A DNA stretch of 20,000 bases from an uncultured virus (IMG/VR IMGVR_UViG_3300037166_000075) (taxonomy: Duplodnaviria; Heunggongvirae; Uroviricota; Caudoviricetes). The DNA is taken from IMG/VR virus record IMGVR_UViG_3300037166_000075. One strand, given 5' to 3'. Position numbers and translations under genes: made by a program. A model generated the notes under the pieces. It was not told the origin of the DNA, did not search any database, and was given only the letters and a program-made list of their open reading frames with translations. Below, piece after piece: positions 15,993-20,000 of the stretch. Numbering within the stretch: position 1 is the stretch's first letter; each line of letters opens with the position of its first letter.

Positions 15993-16598
15993 TCACCCCT
16001 CCACCAGTTCTTCGGGCACGACGCCCGGTGTCATCGGAATAATTGGCAGGCGCCGACCTGCAAAGAACTTGCGTTCTTCCTCCATCCCGAACGAAATATC
16101 CCAACAAGATGCTCGCAACTGGATCATGCCGCATGCGCACTCCATCATCGGCGCGTCGGCGTTCAGCCAAATGGCGTGCGAATAGGGGTCGATGTGGCCG
16201 TGTTCGGCGATAGGATGACTGTGGGCGATCGGCGAATAGACCTTGACTCCGGCCACGAGAAGACGAGCGGCTTCCTGGCATGCCTGTTCGGCAGCGAGGA
16301 TGCTGACGATCTCATCGAGGCTCGCGTCGTCAGTTTGTACATCTGGTGGCGTGTAGTCCCGCTGTGTGCCGTCTCGGGGCGCATCGGCCGCGCCCGTCAG
16401 CCCCCGCGCTTCGGCCGCCCGCCATCGCCGCAGCACTGCGTCGGGTTTCATCCCGAGTGCCGCCGCCGCCGCCCACACGGCTGATCTGTGGCCGGCGTGG
16501 ACCCGTCCGCCCGGCGGCACGGCGCCCTGTGCCGCGGCATCCTGAACGGCTGCCACAGTGCGATGTAGTTCGGCGGCGGATAGGGGATGAGTTGCCAT
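15993..16598 (-). CDS. fusion of N-terminal HTH and DUF1937/nucleoside-deoxyribosyltransferase-like domain
   Basis: AAAAALGMKPDAVLRR HTH; AARLL..G..VYSPIAHSHPIA...W...D..MM......WD.S.G...E. Confidence 0.65.
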   Translation of the reverse strand: MATHPLSAAELHRTVAAVQDAAAQGAVPPGGRVHAGHRSAVWAAAAALGMKPDAVLRRWRAAEARGLTGAADAPRDGTQRDYTPPDVQTDDASLDEIVSILAAEQACQEAARLLVAGVKVYSPIAHSHPIAEHGHIDPYSHAIWLNADAPMMECACGMIQLRASCWDISFGMEEERKFFAGRRLPIIPMTPGVVPEELVEG

Positions 16599-16658
16599 CA
16601 GGGGGGGGGCCCAAACCGATCACGGAGACGCTGGCGGCCCTCCGTTCTGGTGTCTCGC

Positions 16659-16994
16659 TCACGGCCTGAGCACTCCCGCGTGGAAAAGAATCAGCGTCAC
16701 CAGTCCCCCGACCAGCGCAGGGACTACCCACGTCGCGAGTCGATTCGCGAACCCAAGCGCGCCCTGCCCACGCGCAAGTCGCATAGCAATATCAGTGGTT
16801 TGCGTCGCAAGTTCCTTGAACTTTTCGGAAACTCCCTCGAAACCCCGATCAAGTTTTGTCTCAATGGTATCTATTCTTCGACTTGTAGCATCTTCTCCGC
16901 GTTCTACTTGCTTTTCCAGAGCGACAAGCTGACCCTTGACGAACTCAAGACGTTCCCCAAGAGAAAGAGGCTGAGAATACTGGTCATCTGCCAT
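16659..16994 (-). CDS. coiled-coil protein with C-terminal TM helix (XhlA/holin-associated type)
   Basis: Heptad-rich N-terminal region, C-terminal WVVPALVGGLVTLILF; upstream of endolysin. Confidence 0.7.
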   Translation of the reverse strand: MADDQYSQPLSLGERLEFVKGQLVALEKQVERGEDATSRRIDTIETKLDRGFEGVSEKFKELATQTTDIAMRLARGQGALGFANRLATWVVPALVGGLVTLILFHAGVLRP

Positions 16995-17028
16995 TGCGCA
17001 TCCTTCCAACGGCGCCTTGCGCGTGGGC

Positions 17029-17442
17029 TCAGGTCGGCGGCACAGCCATGAGCGCGTTCACCTGGGCCTGGGTCATATATGACTTCGATACGCAATAGTT
17101 GAGCAGCGTCGCGAGGGCCGGTTGCGTCACATCGACTATGCCGCCGTTCGCCACCACACCGTTCATCCAAGCATTGTAGTTGTCTGCCAAGGTGGTATCG
17201 CTCACCATCTTGGACCACATGCCCAGGCGGATCGCCTGAGGTACCATAGCCATATACTGCGGCAGCGGCATCAACGGAGAAGGCGACGGGCTCGGCAAAA
17301 CCCAGTCTGCTGGAGCCATACCAGAGAAGGCAGCATTTGCTTGAGCTTGACTGCACGGACCTATCGTAATTCCTCCGCGACCCCAAGAGCCGTCAGCGTT
17401 TTCGGTTACGGTCGCACCGAAGGCGTCGATGAATGTGGTCAT
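17029..17442 (-). CDS. putative tail-fibre-associated/chaperone protein
   Basis: AAGGAG RBS; follows tail fibre genes; VD.T.P.L...L......MTQAQ..AL C-terminus. Confidence 0.6.
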   Translation of the reverse strand: MTTFIDAFGATVTENADGSWGRGGITIGPCSQAQANAAFSGMAPADWVLPSPSPSPLMPLPQYMAMVPQAIRLGMWSKMVSDTTLADNYNAWMNGVVANGGIVDVTQPALATLLNYCVSKSYMTQAQVNALMAVPPT

Positions 17443-17626
17443 TACAAGGCTCCTTGCGCAGTAGCGCCTATCCCACCCGTACCGCCAGTGACGCCAGATA
17501 GACCTGCGACGATGTGCCGGAGGGGATGGCCGTGGCCGCGATGAACGGCGGGGGCATCGGCTGCGCCCACACCGGCCCTGCCAGCGGCAGAAGAAGCCCA
17601 AGAGTGGGGAGAAGAAGTCTGCGCAT
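17442..17626 (-). pseudogene. remnant of signal-peptide-bearing Gly-rich tail-region gene
   Basis: GAGAGG RBS then MRRLLLPTLGLLLPLAGPVWAQ..., stop at 17468; out-of-frame Gly-rich tail SGVTGGTGGIGATAQGAL* ends in TAATG coupled to the next gene. Confidence 0.5.
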
Positions 17627-17688
17627 TTTAACCTCTCAAAAGATGCAGACCACAGCCTGCTGTTGCTACCACGCCGTGGCGACGACGA

Positions 17689-20000
17689 TTAATACGTGCT
17701 CAGCGCCGCGCGCTTCCAGGTGTTGGCAGCCGTGCAGGCGTAGACGTAATTGGCGTCCACGCCGACCTGCCCGGCCGTGCAGGTCGCATTGTCAGCAGGA
17801 GTGCCTGGCGTGACGCGCAGGGTATCGGCGGACACGCCTCCGGTCAGAGCCACGCCACCGCTGGTGAGATTGATGGCGCCAGTGCCCGCCGATATGGACA
17901 TGGACGTGTTGAGTATCGCCGTCCCCGTCGCGGTCACATAGCCGGACCCGAACGTGACCGACGGCGCCGTCGTGTAGCCAGAGCCGGCGGCCGTGATCTG
18001 CGTCGTCGCGATGGACATGCCGATACCGCTGGCGGACCCGAGCGTGGGCGGCGTAGTGCAGGTGCCGCCCGTCAGCAGCGCCGGCTGCGCGGGAACGACC
18101 GTATAGTCGATGTCGCCGAAGGTCGGTCCGAACGTCGCGACCGTTCCCCCAGTCCCGATCGTCAACACCTTGAGCCGCTGCGGATTTGAACCGATGTACC
18201 GGCCACCCTGAACAGAAAGGATGTCATTCACCGAGCATCCCGCGCCTAACGACAGAAGATTTGTCGTATTATAAGGCCCGGCAATGAAGACGCTCGTGGT
18301 AACGGCCGTTGCCTGTGTCCCGCCAACCGGGGGCGCACCTAGTGTAATCGACGGAAGGGCTGCCGAGCCGAATGGATAGAAGTATTCTCCACCGCTGTTC
18401 GTGAGATTGATGCTTCCGACGCTGCCGGTGCTGTTTATTGTCCCCACCGTAAGAACAGGCGGCGGGCTCCACGTTGGCGTAGCCTCGTAGCTCTGCCAGC
18501 CCGCGCCGAGGTTCACTTCGCCGGTGAACTCGGCGCTGGTCAGGTTCCAGTTGTTGGCATCGGGAAGCGAGAAATGTCCATCCACGGTCCAAGGGATGGC
18601 GGGGTTGAACATGGTCGCGCCAACAGTATCGACGCCGATCCAGACATTCGCGTCCGTTACCGTGGCGGAGGTGATCCCCGCGTCGCTGCTGAACACGCTG
18701 CCCGTCGCGTAGCTGTGCTGCGTCGCGAGCGTGAACTTCTGCAACAACGGGGTCGGGTTCGTCCCGGTCAGAAAAACCAGGTCCGTGAGGGGCGGCGTTT
18801 CTTCGTAGCCGAGGTCCAGGTCATACACGCGCGAGTTCGGGACCTCGTAGACCGTTACCCCGTGCCTATTCGGCGCGACCGGCAGGAAGTTGATCGATGC
18901 ACCCTGGGCAACCCCGCTTCCCGTCACCGCCTGCGAGAGCGTGAGCGAGGCGCTGTTGATGATCGACGCGATGGTTGTGCCGGCCGGAATATTGGTGCCG
19001 GTCACGGCGAGGCCAGTGAGCAACGTCGATGTCGGCACCGAGAGGGTCGTCCCGGAAGCCGTTGCCGCGGTCGTGGCCAGCGACGTGCCGGCCTGGGAGT
19101 TGCCCATGTAGGTATCGCCCCGGCCGTAGTGGTGCCGGGCGGCGGGGGCCGATTCCCACAATGGCGAACCGCCGCCGCTGGTTTCCAGGGCGCAGTTCGT
19201 GCAGGAAAACTCGTTGAAGCTCGTCGTGCTGCCGTTGTAGTTGACGACCGTCTGGAACGCGCTGGAAATATTCCAGTGATCCAGCCCGTCCTGGATTAGC
19301 GCGTACGCGGTGGGAGAGAGGTATCCATTGCTGGAAAATACCTTGGTGAACTCCGTTCCTTCGGCGGCGCCGTTGTAGATTGCGCCGTTCACGAAATTCC
19401 CGCTCACCGCGACGCTATCGAAGTGGTGCAGGTCCGCGGCGAGTCCCGACGAAATCCGGCCGAACTGAATGCCGTAAAGCGGCGTCGCCGCCGTATCCCC
19501 GTAAACCGAGAAGTCCTTCAGGTGCAGGAACCGGGAACCGAGGGCGTCGATCACCGGGAACGGCGAGAAGCCGACCGTCGCGCCCTGGGCGACGCCTGCC
19601 CCGGTGACCGGCTGCGAGAGCGTGAGCGACGTGCTGTTGATGATCGACGCGATCGCCGATCCCGCGACGATGTTCGCCCCGGATACCGGCATTCCCACCG
19701 CCAGCCCCGTCGTCGGGATGGCGAGCGTCGTGCCCGTCGTCGTGGCGGCCGTGGTGGCGAGCGATGTGGCCGCCGGAGACTTCCCCCAGATCGACGCGCC
19801 CGCGCCGTCGATCATGAAAAGCTGAGACTGAAAGCCCGTCCAGTTGATGCTGGATTTGACGACGGCATGGCACCCGGCCAGCGTCATCGACACCGCGCGC
19901 TGGTTGCCGGTGGTCGCAAGCTGCGTGCGCACGGCCGCCGCCGCCAGGTTGAACGCGCCGCTGTCGTCCGTCGCGTTGTCGCACGCCGCGCCGAACTCGC
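17689..20000 (-). CDS. tail fibre/tailspike-like receptor-binding protein (5' end outside window)
   Basis: Frame is open to the window edge with FGAACDNATDDSGAF (pectate-lyase-like beta-helix start); G/S/T-rich; C-terminal G....D.NYVY.C...NTWKR.AL motif. Confidence 0.8.
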   Translation of the reverse strand, partial: EFGAACDNATDDSGAFNLAAAAVRTQLATTGNQRAVSMTLAGCHAVVKSSINWTGFQSQLFMIDGAGASIWGKSPAATSLATTAATTTGTTLAIPTTGLAVGMPVSGANIVAGSAIASIINSTSLTLSQPVTGAGVAQGATVGFSPFPVIDALGSRFLHLKDFSVYGDTAATPLYGIQFGRISSGLAADLHHFDSVAVSGNFVNGAIYNGAAEGTEFTKVFSSNGYLSPTAYALIQDGLDHWNISSAFQTVVNYNGSTTSFNEFSCTNCALETSGGGSPLWESAPAARHHYGRGDTYMGNSQAGTSLATTAATASGTTLSVPTSTLLTGLAVTGTNIPAGTTIASIINSASLTLSQAVTGSGVAQGASINFLPVAPNRHGVTVYEVPNSRVYDLDLGYEETPPLTDLVFLTGTNPTPLLQKFTLATQHSYATGSVFSSDAGITSATVTDANVWIGVDTVGATMFNPAIPWTVDGHFSLPDANNWNLTSAEFTGEVNLGAGWQSYEATPTWSPPPVLTVGTINSTGSVGSINLTNSGGEYFYPFGSAALPSITLGAPPVGGTQATAVTTSVFIAGPYNTTNLLSLGAGCSVNDILSVQGGRYIGSNPQRLKVLTIGTGGTVATFGPTFGDIDYTVVPAQPALLTGGTCTTPPTLGSASGIGMSIATTQITAAGSGYTTAPSVTFGSGYVTATGTAILNTSMSISAGTGAINLTSGGVALTGGVSADTLRVTPGTPADNATCTAGQVGVDANYVYACTAANTWKRAALSTY
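18880..19767 (-). repeat. two 207-bp (69-aa) internal repeats in the tail fibre: 19561-19767 and 18880-19086
   Basis: TSLATTAAT..GTTL..PT..L..G..V.G.NI.AG..IASIINS.SLTLSQ.VTG.GVAQGA...F.P in both copies, no gaps. Confidence 0.9.

Noticed and set aside
18880..19767. Tail-fibre repeats as DGR template/variable repeat pair
   Set aside because: Both copies are in-frame coding, differences are not confined to adenines, and no reverse transcriptase is present in the window

Overview
High-GC temperate phage or prophage DNA, probably from an alphaproteobacterial (Acetobacteraceae-like) host, inferred from GcrA and DUF6362. Positions 1-12443 are a mostly + strand early/accessory region: small ORFs, a DUF3268 Zn-finger protein, a degenerate DnaQ-like exonuclease, a putative ssDNA-annealing recombinase, GcrA, MarR, DUF6362, RtcB and a 3-gene moron with its own promoter. 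This converges at about 12445 with a - strand late region: tail fibre/tailspike, GH108 endolysin, holin, a Tat-type lipoprotein, Rz/Rz1-like spanins and a papain-like peptidase flanked by two paralogous genes. Best observation: a 678-bp transposase-less cassette (605-1282) with 24-bp terminal inverted repeats and an 8-bp target duplication (IS1595/ISNwi1-like ends), carrying only a Mom-like DNA-modification gene. Also notable are a moron encoding a homologue of a plant SAP/CCCH-protein domain behind a 16-bp palindromic operator, and a structured RNA-like element downstream of rtcB. Several frameshifts and truncations indicate decay and/or homopolymer sequencing errors. All family calls come from motif recognition by eye, not database searches.
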